Source of the DNA: Thermoflexia bacterium
GTDB taxonomy: Bacteria > Chloroflexota > Anaerolineae > B4-G1 > SLSP01
DNA length: 54,520 nucleotides
Assembly (NCBI GenBank): GCA_011192175.1
Contig: DUEJ01000107.1
Coordinates: 1-54,520 of the forward strand
Direction of reading: 5' to 3'
Below the pieces are notes generated by a model. The model did no database searches and was not told where the DNA came from. It worked only from the letters and a program-made list of their open reading frames with translations. Below are positions 27,106 to 36,538 of the stretch, piece by piece. The first letter of the stretch is position 1, and each line of letters begins with the position of its first letter. Both the position numbers and the translations under genes were made by a program.

Positions 27106-29382
27106 ATGGAAGAAAAATCTCTGGCTACCAAAAAACCCGGCCCCCTAAAACGGATTCTACAACGTCGCTACCGCGAGTTTGTGCTCATCGCCCAGGACCC
27201 AGTGTTATTCATCAGTCTCATGCTCTGTAGCATTTTCTTGCTCGTCTTTATCTTTTACCCCATCTTTCAGACCATCAGCAATGGCTTTTTTAACACCACC
27301 GGACAATTTGATCTAACTTACTTTACCCGCTTTTTTGATGCTTACTACGGCTCTCAAGCGCGGCTGGTCTTCCGCAATACGATGACCATGGGGCTATTGA
27401 CAGCGTTGGGCGGCACACTCTTGGGATTTATCTTCGCTTATACCCTAGTGCGCTGTGATATTCCGGGGAGACGCTGGGTACACATCCTCGCGCTGCTCCC
27501 CACCGTCTCCCCGCCCTTCGCGCTTTCCTTGAGCACCATCTTGCTCTTTGGACGTAACGGCCTCATTACCCACAAAGTGCTGGGGATGTCATTCCCCGTC
27601 GGCAGCAATGATATCTACGGGATGGATGGGCTGGTCGCGGTACAGATGATTACCTTTTTCTCGGCGGCTTACTTGATGCTGCGCGCCATGTTGGAACGGT
27701 TAGATCCGGCCATGGAGGAGGCTGCCGCCAGCATGGGAGCGGGACGCTTTCACATCTTCCGCACCGTGACGTTGCCGCTCCTAATTCCCGGCATAGGCGG
27801 CTCGATCTTATTACTCTTCGTAGAATCGCTCGCCGACCTGGGAAACCCGCTCTTTATCTCCGGCAACGTGATGGTACTCTCGGCGCAGATCTTCTTGGCC
27901 ATCAGCGGCGAGTACAATTACCAGAAAGCTTCAGCTCTGGCCCTCGTCTTGCTGATTCCCACCTTGATTGTCTTCTTAGTCCAACGCTATTACGTCAGCC
28001 GGCGTTCCTACATCTCTGTCACCGGAAAACCAACGGGGGGACAACATAAGGAGAGCAATCCGTGGATCCGCTGGACGTTCATTGGTATCACCTATCTAGC
28101 TTGCCTGCTCGTAGTGACCCTCTATTTAGGGATTATCGTCGGCTCCTTCAGCACTGCCTGGGGCACCGATTTCACACCGACGCTAATGTGGTGGCGGTTG
28201 ATGGTGACGCGCGGTATCGAAGCGATTCTGGATACCACCTTCCTCAGCGTGCTCGCGACACCCATCGCGGTGCTCATCGGCATGGTAGTCGCTTCCTTAG
28301 TCGTCCGCAAAAAATTCAGCGGCAAGGACGTGTTGGACTTTGGCTCCAACTTAGGTGGCGCGATCCCCGGTACCATCTTGGGCATCGGCTTTGTCTTGGC
28401 CTTCAGCACTCCCCCGATGCTGATCGTGATCTTGCTCTACATGGTCCTCTCCATTTTCTTGGTCCGGTCGCTCTTTGACAAACCCCGGGAGCAGCTCATC
28501 GTCCTCGCTCTCGGTTCGGCCCTGGGCATGGGTCTCAGTTTCCTGGATGGGCCGTTAGGGCTGCGTGGCCTTTACTACCTCTTGGGCGGTCTCTCCATCG
28601 CGCTGGGCCTTTATTTCCACTGGGGACGCGGCATGAAGCAACGGGGACAGCTCTTGCTATTACTAGGCGGTTACTTTTTCGCCTATGATCTAAGCGATTA
28701 CTTGGCGATGCCCATCGCGACTCTCAGCCGCAATATATCCGGCGGCTTTTGGAGTAATGCCATCTATCAATTCGCTACCTATGTCAAGGTTCCTTTTCAG
28801 CTACCCCCGATTTTCTTAGCTGCCGGCCTGATCTTTGGCGGGCTATTCTTCGTAAAACCCGAAAAAGACAGCTGGCGGCTCGCGCTGGCTATTGGAGCGC
28901 TGGCCATCTCTTGCGCGCTCACCTTCACTGACGCGCCGTTAGCGCTGGTCGGCAGCCCCTTCATTATCATTGCCGCTTACGCTGTGCGGAGCCTGCCAGC
29001 CTCAGTGCGCGCGGGCATCGCCGCCTTGCAGCAGATTGATCCAACGATTGAAGAGGCTTCAAGTATCCTGGGCGCGGACGCCCAATATACCTTTCGCAAA
29101 GTGACGCTTCCGTTGATCTTGCCAGCGCTCCTCTCCGGGCTGATCTTCAGTTTCACGCGCCACATGACCAGCGTCTCAGCCATCATCTTCCTGGTCAACG
29201 CCCGCTGGCGGATCGTCACGGCCGCCATCCTCAGCGAGTGGGAACAGGGCGGCATCAGCATCGCCGCCGCGTATTCCACCACGATCATCATCTTTGTCCT
29301 AATCGCCATCGGGTTGCTCTACTTCGTCACCAATAAGTTGCTGAAAGGTCAGGGGAGTGTGGATCTGAACCTCGGCGCATAG
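27106..29382 (+). CDS. ABC permease (AfuB/FbpB-like, two TMDs) with a large internal hydrophobic insertion
   Basis: Two EAA motifs (MEEAAASMGA; IEEASSILGA), SPPF, ADLGNP; 758 aa. Confidence 0.88.
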   Translation: MEEKSLATKKPGPLKRILQRRYREFVLIAQDPVLFISLMLCSIFLLVFIFYPIFQTISNGFFNTTGQFDLTYFTRFFDAYYGSQARLVFRNTMTMGLLTALGGTLLGFIFAYTLVRCDIPGRRWVHILALLPTVSPPFALSLSTILLFGRNGLITHKVLGMSFPVGSNDIYGMDGLVAVQMITFFSAAYLMLRAMLERLDPAMEEAAASMGAGRFHIFRTVTLPLLIPGIGGSILLLFVESLADLGNPLFISGNVMVLSAQIFLAISGEYNYQKASALALVLLIPTLIVFLVQRYYVSRRSYISVTGKPTGGQHKESNPWIRWTFIGITYLACLLVVTLYLGIIVGSFSTAWGTDFTPTLMWWRLMVTRGIEAILDTTFLSVLATPIAVLIGMVVASLVVRKKFSGKDVLDFGSNLGGAIPGTILGIGFVLAFSTPPMLIVILLYMVLSIFLVRSLFDKPREQLIVLALGSALGMGLSFLDGPLGLRGLYYLLGGLSIALGLYFHWGRGMKQRGQLLLLLGGYFFAYDLSDYLAMPIATLSRNISGGFWSNAIYQFATYVKVPFQLPPIFLAAGLIFGGLFFVKPEKDSWRLALAIGALAISCALTFTDAPLALVGSPFIIIAAYAVRSLPASVRAGIAALQQIDPTIEEASSILGADAQYTFRKVTLPLILPALLSGLIFSFTRHMTSVSAIIFLVNARWRIVTAAILSEWEQGGISIAAAYSTTIIIFVLIAIGLLYFVTNKLLKGQGSVDLNLGA

Positions 29383-29442
29383 CTTCGAGGGCGCGGTACA
29401 AGAATTGCTCATCTGTGGTCAACAATCGGAGGATTATAGATT

Positions 29443-30522
29443 ATGTTTTTATCATTGAAAAATCTGGTTAAGATATTCCCACCTCGGGGCGGAAGCACTG
29501 AAGTGACGGCGGTAGACAACATCTCCCTAGATATTGCGAAAGGGGAAATGATAACTTTGCTGGGACCTTCAGGTTGCGGCAAAACCACCACCCTGCGACT
29601 GATTGCCGGTTTTGAATTTCCCACACGGGGATATATTTCACTGGATGGGCAGAGAATCAACGAACTTCCCCCACACCAGCGGGATATGTCCATGGTCTTC
29701 CAAAGCTACGCGATCTTTCCCCATCTCAACGTCTTTGAAAACATAGCCTATGGGCTAAACGTGCAGCGGGTAGGGAAAAAAGAACTTCGGGAACGGGTCG
29801 CAAAAGTCATGGCGTTGGTGGAGCTAGAAGGGCTGGAGAACCGCGCCCCCAATCAACTTTCCGGCGGGCAACAACAGCGGGTAGCCCTCTCCCGCGCGCT
29901 AGTTATGGAACCTAAGGTGCTGTTGATGGATGAACCACTCTCCAATTTGGATGCCAAACTCCGCGAGCAAATGCGCTCAGAAATTCGGCGCATCCAGCAA
30001 ACCTTGGGGATTACCAGTGTCTACGTCACCCACGACCAGATCGAGGCCATGACGCTCTCCGACCGGGTGGTAGTTATGAACAACGGTATCATTGAACAAG
30101 TCGCGCCGCCGCAAGAAGTTTACCGCCATCCCCAAACCAAGTTTGTGGCGGATTTCATCGGACGGGCGAATTTCATCAGCGGCACGGTTAAAGGAGTAGC
30201 AGGCGACGCCTTGATCGCCACTGCGCTGGGCCAAACGCTCCACCTCACCAATATACAAAAGAGTTACGCTACTGGCAGCCAGATCACGTTGGTAGTGCGC
30301 CCAGAAATGGTACACCTCCATGACCAGGAGGGAACTTATTCCGCCACCGTGCGCCAGGCCGCTTATTTGGGCGATAAGATCGATTACCAGGTCGAAATCA
30401 GAGGGCAGCTACTGGACGTCGTGGAATCTGATCCTACGCGCATCGCTAAAATTTACCCCGCCGGGACAAAAATTAGCGCCAGCTTCCACGAATCCTGTAT
30501 CCACCTGCTCCCGGCTGAATGA
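29443..30522 (+). CDS. ABC ATPase (AfuC/FbpC/PotA-like) with TOBE domain
   Basis: GPSGCGKTT, LSGGQQQR, LLMDEP, YVTHDQ. Confidence 0.95.
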   Translation: MFLSLKNLVKIFPPRGGSTEVTAVDNISLDIAKGEMITLLGPSGCGKTTTLRLIAGFEFPTRGYISLDGQRINELPPHQRDMSMVFQSYAIFPHLNVFENIAYGLNVQRVGKKELRERVAKVMALVELEGLENRAPNQLSGGQQQRVALSRALVMEPKVLLMDEPLSNLDAKLREQMRSEIRRIQQTLGITSVYVTHDQIEAMTLSDRVVVMNNGIIEQVAPPQEVYRHPQTKFVADFIGRANFISGTVKGVAGDALIATALGQTLHLTNIQKSYATGSQITLVVRPEMVHLHDQEGTYSATVRQAAYLGDKIDYQVEIRGQLLDVVESDPTRIAKIYPAGTKISASFHESCIHLLPAE

Positions 30523-30677
30523 AGACTGCCCCTACTGAGGAAAGATGAATAACTGCTTTCAAATCTTTGCGGTGAAGCTCTTGGCTCTTTCCGTAGAACC
30601 GTCTGTGTCATCTGTGGCTAGGATTTACCTTAATCTCACAGTCTCACACGCAATCCCAGAAGCCCTCCCGGTTCTCC

Positions 30678-30705
30678 TTGACAATTAACCAGATAATTAT
30701 ATAAT
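30678..30705 (+). promoter_or_regulatory. sigma70 promoter of the glutaredoxin gene
   Basis: TTGACA-N16-TATAAT. Confidence 0.75.
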
Positions 30706-30746
30706 AAAATATGGTTATTTGAGATATTACTAGACAAGGAGTTGCC

Positions 30747-30998
30747 ATGAAAGAAGAAAAAAAACAACCGCGAGTGCTCGTTTTTTCCACCCCCACTTGC
30801 CCGCATTGTAAACATGTCAAGAGCTATCTACGCAAAAATAACATCCAATTCAAAGATATTGATGTCTCCCGTGACCAGTCCGCGGCCCGCGATATGATGC
30901 GTCGCAGTGGCCGTCAGGGAGTACCACAGATTGACATCAATGGGCGGATTGTAGTGGGCTTTAACCGCCGCAAGATTAATCAGCTGCTCGGCTTGTAA
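30747..30998 (+). CDS. Glutaredoxin / NrdH-redoxin family protein
   Basis: FSTPTCPHC (CxxC), SGRQGVPQIDING, VGFN. Confidence 0.92.
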   Translation: MKEEKKQPRVLVFSTPTCPHCKHVKSYLRKNNIQFKDIDVSRDQSAARDMMRRSGRQGVPQIDINGRIVVGFNRRKINQLLGL

Positions 30999-31021
30999 CC
31001 ACTAACGTTCAACGTACAATC

Positions 31022-31054
31022 AAAAAGACGTGGGGAGTATTCCCCACGTCTTTT
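31022..31054. terminator. Bidirectional terminator
   Basis: aaaaagacgtgggga...tccccacgtctttt between convergent genes. Confidence 0.85.
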
Positions 31055-31077
31055 GCGCTGGATGACTGGCTCTCCTT

Positions 31078-32013
31078 TTACCCGCTCATAAAATCAGTCC
31101 CCAGCCGGGCGATTGCTACCGCCGGCTCTTCCGTAACATCTAACCAGTGGATTTCGTCCCCGTTAAACCAGGTGTATTGACGGCGAATAAAATCATGCGT
31201 CTCCAACTTGATGCGTTCCACAGCCTCGGCTAACGTACACTTCCCGGCCAGATAAGGCCGCAACTGGCTATATCCTAACCCTGACATGGCCGGCAACCCC
31301 CAACCGTACCCGCCGGCGAGCAGCCGGCGCACCTCGGCCACCAGTCCCATGTCGATCATCGCCTCCACCCGCGCATCGACGCGCTCGTAAAGTGCATCCC
31401 GCTCCATCGTCAGGCCAATTTGCAACACGCGATACGGGGACGGAACACGCCGCCGCAACTCGGAGAAGGGCCGCCCCGTTTTGAGCGACACTTCCAATGC
31501 GCGGATGATGCGCCGCAAATTGTGCGGATGGATGAACTCCACGGCGTCCGCGTCCAACGCCAACAACCGCCGCCAGAGCGCGTCTGGAGCGTGGGCTGCC
31601 AACGCTTCCAGCTCGGCGCGCAATTCTGGATCGGGGGGCACATGCGGCACCTGCCAGCCCTGGAGCAACGCGCGCAGATACTGCCCCGTTCCGCCCACCA
31701 GAAAAGGCAACTTACCGCGTCGGTGGATTTCCTGGATCAGCGGGCGCGCCAACTCCAGGAAGCGTGCCAGACCTACCGTCTCATCCGGGGCCGCGATATC
31801 GATGAGATGATGCCGCACTTGCGCCAACTCCGCCGGTGAGGGCTTGGCCGTCCCGATATCCATGCCGCGATAAAATTGCCGGGAATCCACCGAGATTACT
31901 TCTGCATCCCAACGCGGCCCGATTTCAGCCGCCAGACTAGTCTTACCTATCCCCGTCGGCCCTAAAATCACCACTAGCGGTATCAATGCTGGTTCTGCCA
32001 AATTTGTCTCCAT
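31078..32013 (-). CDS. miaA: tRNA dimethylallyltransferase
   Basis: GPTGIGKT, DSRQFYRGMDIGTAKP, VGGTGQY, RRIIRALEV, RRQYTWF. Confidence 0.96.
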   Translation of the reverse strand: METNLAEPALIPLVVILGPTGIGKTSLAAEIGPRWDAEVISVDSRQFYRGMDIGTAKPSPAELAQVRHHLIDIAAPDETVGLARFLELARPLIQEIHRRGKLPFLVGGTGQYLRALLQGWQVPHVPPDPELRAELEALAAHAPDALWRRLLALDADAVEFIHPHNLRRIIRALEVSLKTGRPFSELRRRVPSPYRVLQIGLTMERDALYERVDARVEAMIDMGLVAEVRRLLAGGYGWGLPAMSGLGYSQLRPYLAGKCTLAEAVERIKLETHDFIRRQYTWFNGDEIHWLDVTEEPAVAIARLGTDFMSG

Positions 32014-32052
32014 TTATTACACAAAGCCTAGTCGCCTGACACTTTCAATTTT

Positions 32053-32132
32053 GGACGCAGATTGGCGCAGAAAAACGCAGATTTTTTAGTTTTTTCCTGG
32101 GAAAGCCTTTTTATCAGCGTTCATCTGCGTCC
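32053..32132. repeat. Inverted element of ~9-nt units (ggacgcagat...atctgcgtcc)
   Basis: 10-bp terminal inverted match and internal cgcaga repeats; related sequences at 1871-1901 and 37812-37888. Confidence 0.7.
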
Positions 32133-32145
32133 CATCCCGTACCTA

Positions 32146-32538
32146 TCACGCAAAATTACCCGGCCACGGCTCCTCGCCCACATCTGGATAGATCGTGATG
32201 CGTTGCAACTTCCCCGTGCGATCCAGCGCCACGGCCACTAATCCCAGATGCCAGCTAGGATCGAGCTCTATGCACTCCGTGCCCAGATAGCGCCGGGCGA
32301 CAGCTTCCATCCGCGCCCGCTTACGCGGCGTCACGGATTGTTCCGGCGATCTGTATGCGGCGCCGCGCCGGGTGCGTACCTCAAAGAAGGTGAGCTCCCC
32401 TTGCCGGGCCGCGACAATATCCACTTCCCCTTCTGGACAGTACCAATTCCGCCGCACAATGCTAAACCCCTGGCGCTCCAATACCCTAGCCGCCAGAATC
32501 TCCCCGCGTCGCCCTAAACCTACCTTACCCTTTGCCAT
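32146..32538 (-). CDS. YraN family (UPF0102) endonuclease-like protein
   Basis: LGRRGE...RNWYCPEGEVDIVA...FFEVRTR...EQSVTPRK. Confidence 0.9.
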   Translation of the reverse strand: MAKGKVGLGRRGEILAARVLERQGFSIVRRNWYCPEGEVDIVAARQGELTFFEVRTRRGAAYRSPEQSVTPRKRARMEAVARRYLGTECIELDPSWHLGLVAVALDRTGKLQRITIYPDVGEEPWPGNFA

Positions 32539-32576
32539 CTAGCTAGCGTAGCGGAATGTCGCCTACTGTCAAATAA

Positions 32577-32628
32577 GCGAAAACGCGAGAAAGCGAGAGA
32601 GCGAAAAGGCGAGTGAGCAAGCGAGGGT
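32577..32628 (+). repeat. Tandem octamer array GCGAnnnn
   Basis: gcgaaaac gcgagaaa gcgagaga gcgaaaag gcgagtga gcaa gcgagggt. Confidence 0.75.
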
Positions 32629-32808
32629 CTGGTAAACAGAGATAAGGAGTTAGAGGTTAGGAACTTCTTGCCAACTAGCTCTCGGTGGTGAAGGCCCCAT
32701 TTGCCGATTTGCCTGCGCACTTGACCAGGAAAGCTTTTAACTTTACAATAAGTTTTTATTATTCAGTATCTGGCCCATTTAGTATTATCCTCAAGGAGGA
32801 TAGAAATT

Positions 32809-33990
32809 ATGGATATTTTCAAGAAGTGTCTAGGCGGCTATCAACCAGCCCAAAAAGTCCGCGCAGCTGGTCTCTACCCCTATTTTATCCCGCTGACCAA
32901 CAACGAGGGGACAGAATCCAGTATCGGGGACCGCAATCTCATCATGATCGGCTCCAACAACTACTTGGGGCTGACCATGCACCCCCAAGTACGCCAGGCG
33001 GCGATTGACGCCATCAACACTTACGGCCCCAGTTGCAGTGGCTCCCGTTTCCTCAACGGGACGTTAGAGCTCCACTTGGAGCTGGAACGCCAGCTGGCAA
33101 GCTGGGTGGGCAAGGAAGCCGCGCTGGTCTTCAGCACCGGCTACCAAGTCAACGTGGGAACCATCCCCGCCATCGTGGGACGCAATGACTACGTCATCAC
33201 GGACAAAGATGATCACGCCAGCATTGTGGACGGCTGCAAGCTGTCTTATGGGAAGATGAAACGTTTTATCCACAACGACATGGCCTCGTTAGAACACGTG
33301 CTCGCCTCCCTGCCAGAGGAAGTGGGGAAACTGGTGGTAGTAGATGGCATCTTCAGCATGGGCGGCGATATCGCCCCACTGCCAGAGATCATCCCCCTTT
33401 GCAAACAATACGGCGCACGACTGATGGTGGACGACGCCCATTCTCTAGGCATCCTAGGCGGCGGGCGCGGCACCGCGGCCCACTTCGACATGACGGATGA
33501 CGTGGACTTGATCATGGGCACTTTCAGCAAGTCCTTCGCCTCGTTAGGCGGGTTCATCGCCGGCGACGCTGACGTGCTGGATTACATCCAGCACACCGCC
33601 CGCTCGCTCATCTTCAGCGCCAGCATCCCCCCGGCCAACGCGGCGGCGGCGCTGGCTTCTTTGGAAGTGATGCGAAAAGAACCGGAGCGCATCGCCCGGC
33701 TCAACGAGATCGGCGCGTTCATGCGTCGCCGTTACCGCGCGTTAGGCTTCGACATCGGCGCCACGGAGACCCCGATCATCCCGATCCTCATCCGGGACGA
33801 TATCAAAACCCTCCAAACCTGGAAAGCCCTCTTCGAGGCGGGCGTCTACACCAACCCCGTGCTCTCCCCGGCCGTGCCGCCAGACCGCACACTCCTCCGC
33901 ACCAGTTACATCGCCACGCACACCGCCGCGCAATTGGAGAAGGTGCTGGCTATCATGGAGCAGGTAGGCCAGGAGCTAGGAATCATCTAG
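32809..33990 (+). CDS. PLP-dependent alpha-oxoamine synthase, serine palmitoyltransferase-like
   Basis: GLYPYF, GSNNYLGLT, GSRFLNGTL, HASIVDG, DDAH, GTFSKSF (PLP lysine). Confidence 0.85.
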   Translation: MDIFKKCLGGYQPAQKVRAAGLYPYFIPLTNNEGTESSIGDRNLIMIGSNNYLGLTMHPQVRQAAIDAINTYGPSCSGSRFLNGTLELHLELERQLASWVGKEAALVFSTGYQVNVGTIPAIVGRNDYVITDKDDHASIVDGCKLSYGKMKRFIHNDMASLEHVLASLPEEVGKLVVVDGIFSMGGDIAPLPEIIPLCKQYGARLMVDDAHSLGILGGGRGTAAHFDMTDDVDLIMGTFSKSFASLGGFIAGDADVLDYIQHTARSLIFSASIPPANAAAALASLEVMRKEPERIARLNEIGAFMRRRYRALGFDIGATETPIIPILIRDDIKTLQTWKALFEAGVYTNPVLSPAVPPDRTLLRTSYIATHTAAQLEKVLAIMEQVGQELGII

Positions 33991-34008
33991 GCGGCTGGCC
34001 GCCATTCA

Positions 34009-35043
34009 CTATCTGCCGTTTTTTATCTGCCGAATGGCCCAGGCGGCATGTTCGCGGAGCAGGTCACTCCGGGGCGAGCTAACGACCTGCTCCAAATAGG
34101 GAATGGCGGCAGGATCGCCCCGGTTCCCCAGCACTACGGCCGCATTGCGCGCCAGTCCCTCCGGCGTCGCGCGCCAGAGGGGCGTCTGGCGGAAGCGCGC
34201 GCGGAACTCCTCCGCACCGAGCAGCAGGAGTTCTGGTAAGTACAACGTCGCCCCCGGCGGCGGGGACTCGTTGCGATGCACCGCCAACGGCTGGCGATTC
34301 CACGGGCAGATTTCTTGACAAATATCGCAACCGAAGAGATTTTCACCCAGCGCCGAGCGCCATTCCACCGGAAGACTACCGCGATGCTCGATAGTGAGAT
34401 AGGACAAACAGCGCCGCGCATCCAACTGCCCCGGGGCGACCAGCGCACCGGTGGGGCAGGCATCCAAGCAGCGCGTACAGCTACCGCAGGCAGGCAGCTC
34501 CGGTAGTGAGGTTAGCTCGCAATCTAAATCTAGCAGCGCCACGCCCAAAAAGAGATACGATCCCCAACGGGGATGGATTAAATTGGTATTTTTACCTAAC
34601 CAACCCAACCCCGCCGCCCGCGCCCAATCCCGCTCCAAAATTGGCCCGGTATCCACATAACAACGGGATAGGAAATCCCCTCTCTCCTCGGCAATCCGCG
34701 CTACCAATAATCTGAGCCGGCGCAGCAACCAGCGATGGTAATCCTCCCCCCAGGCATAGCGAGAGACACGCCCGTGCAACGGCGGCAACGGGGGATATGG
34801 TGCGCCAGCATAGGAAGCCGCCACCACCAAGACGGCGCGCGCCGTCGACAGAATGCGGCGCGGATCGGCACGGCGAGAGAGCGCCACAGGTCGCGCCAGG
34901 TAACGCTCCAGACCGCCGGCATACCCCCGTACCAGCCAATCGCGGTACGCTTCCCAGGTCGCCGCCGGCCCGACGGGCGACACGCCCACCACCTCCAGAC
35001 CCAAATCTAGCGCATAGCTGGATAGCTGCTCATTCGTCAACAT
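34009..35043 (-). CDS. queG: tRNA epoxyqueuosine reductase
   Basis: SRYAWGEDYH, VDTGPILER, AGLGWLGKN, CGSCTRCLDACPT, RCLSYLTIE, GCDICQEICPWN. Confidence 0.95.
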   Translation of the reverse strand: MLTNEQLSSYALDLGLEVVGVSPVGPAATWEAYRDWLVRGYAGGLERYLARPVALSRRADPRRILSTARAVLVVAASYAGAPYPPLPPLHGRVSRYAWGEDYHRWLLRRLRLLVARIAEERGDFLSRCYVDTGPILERDWARAAGLGWLGKNTNLIHPRWGSYLFLGVALLDLDCELTSLPELPACGSCTRCLDACPTGALVAPGQLDARRCLSYLTIEHRGSLPVEWRSALGENLFGCDICQEICPWNRQPLAVHRNESPPPGATLYLPELLLLGAEEFRARFRQTPLWRATPEGLARNAAVVLGNRGDPAAIPYLEQVVSSPRSDLLREHAAWAIRQIKNGR

Positions 35044-35063
35044 AGTCTTCATCAAATTATAAA

Positions 35064-35111
35064 GCGAGAAAGCGGACAGGCGAGGGAGCGAGAAGACGAG
35101 AAAGCGAGAAC
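35064..35111 (+). repeat. Tandem octamer array GCGAnnnn (6 units)
   Basis: gcgagaaa gcggacag gcgaggga gcgagaag acgagaaa gcgagaac; followed by gactaccc gactatct gactaccc. Confidence 0.7.
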
Positions 35112-35151
35112 TATAAGGCGACTACCCGACTATCTGACTACCCCCGCCACC

Positions 35152-35185
35152 AAAAAAACGGGCCGGAGATCATCCGGCCCGTTTT
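35152..35185 (-). terminator. Rho-independent terminator
   Basis: aaaaaaacgggccgga...tccggcccgtttt. Confidence 0.85.
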
Positions 35186-35198
35186 AGCTTACCGCAGT

Positions 35199-36335
35199 TT
35201 ACTCTTCACCCTCTATCATTATCAAGACCGAGACCTCCCCGGTATCGTCATCAGAGGAGATGGTTAATTGCAACGTGCGCTCATCCTTAGTCCAGGGGTC
35301 CATCACCAGACCTTCCATGCTCATGCCGCCCTCCGCCTTACTCCACCCGGCACTCACCAACTCCGCAGCATAGAAGTCAACCACCGTTTCAAAATCATCC
35401 CCCACCTCAAACGAGGTCATGCCCATCATCGTAGTCTGGTTGGTGGCATTCGGATAAGCGGGGATATCCTCTGGCAAGCCACCACTAGTTGCCTCTGCTG
35501 GCGGCTCAATGGTGATATCCGCATTGATGTCGGTAACATCCCAGGACATGAAGTATTTAGCCACCTTCTCGTCCCCCATCTCCAGGCCCTCCACTTCACT
35601 CTCCATGCGCACCGCGAAAGCCGGTAGATCCCCTTGATCGGCGATCCAGAGTTCCATCTTAGCGCTCTCAACCTCACCAACCTCTCCCGGAGCCATCCCG
35701 CCCGTAGCCTCCATCATCTCCAGCAACTGTTTATCAAGCAGATAATGGCGCGTGCGAATTCCATTGATGGTTTCCTTCCCTAGATACTCCGCCTCCTCCA
35801 ACATGTCTGCCTGGACATCATCCGGAGAAAAAGGTAGATTTTCTTCAAAGCTACTAACATCCTCATCCGAAATCTGGGTCTGCATCCACTCTCCGCCCAT
35901 CTGCATCCACTGCTGGTTGCCGATCTGGATAATCTCCATGCTATCGCCGTCAGCGGATAAGCCGCCGGCCATGACTATCCGGTGCGCAGCCGGCTCGCGC
36001 GTCGCAGACATCTCCATGCGCGTCTCTTCGATAGTGCCATCCTCTGCTTCAAAGCGCATAATCATGATAGTCCGGTAACTATCCAGCCCTTCCAGGGCCG
36101 CAGGATCAAGCTCAATCTCCCCCTCATCGGATTCTGCTTCGGGCGCGTCTTCTTCCTCTCCCCCCGCCCCTTCAGTCAGTTTTTCGGCATTTTCGGCTAA
36201 ATCCTCAGCCTGTTCAACTAATTCCTCCGCTTGCTCGCCTACTTCTTGCGCCTTTTCGGTCAAGCTGCCCAGGCTACAACCTAGCGAAAGCACCACCAAA
36301 ACCGTTAACAACCACCCTAAATACTGTTTTTTCAT
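35199..36335 (-). CDS. Acidic hypothetical lipoprotein (possibly LolA/LppX-like fold plus a C-terminal domain)
   Basis: Lipobox SLGC, GAGGAGGAG RBS, and LDSYR...GKETINGIRTRHY...DINADITIEPP pattern. Confidence 0.7.
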   Translation of the reverse strand: MKKQYLGWLLTVLVVLSLGCSLGSLTEKAQEVGEQAEELVEQAEDLAENAEKLTEGAGGEEEDAPEAESDEGEIELDPAALEGLDSYRTIMIMRFEAEDGTIEETRMEMSATREPAAHRIVMAGGLSADGDSMEIIQIGNQQWMQMGGEWMQTQISDEDVSSFEENLPFSPDDVQADMLEEAEYLGKETINGIRTRHYLLDKQLLEMMEATGGMAPGEVGEVESAKMELWIADQGDLPAFAVRMESEVEGLEMGDEKVAKYFMSWDVTDINADITIEPPAEATSGGLPEDIPAYPNATNQTTMMGMTSFEVGDDFETVVDFYAAELVSAGWSKAEGGMSMEGLVMDPWTKDERTLQLTISSDDDTGEVSVLIMIEGEE

Positions 36336-36538
36336 AATTCTCCTCCTCAGAGATTACTCACTGCCCTCATTTACCAATACCGTGAAACGCAATAAATGTA
36401 TTCTAACAGAGTTATTCCACCTAGTCAATTTTTCGATGAGGTGCATCCCTCTTCCACGGGAGTATGCAATCCCATTCCTCGCTCCTCTTTCTGTAATTCC
36501 TTGCCCTTTCACCCATTAGTGCTATATTGGCTCCCATT

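Noticed and set aside
30747-30998. Possible selenoprotein redoxin
   Set aside because: The active site is CPHC with ordinary Cys codons and there is no in-frame TGA.
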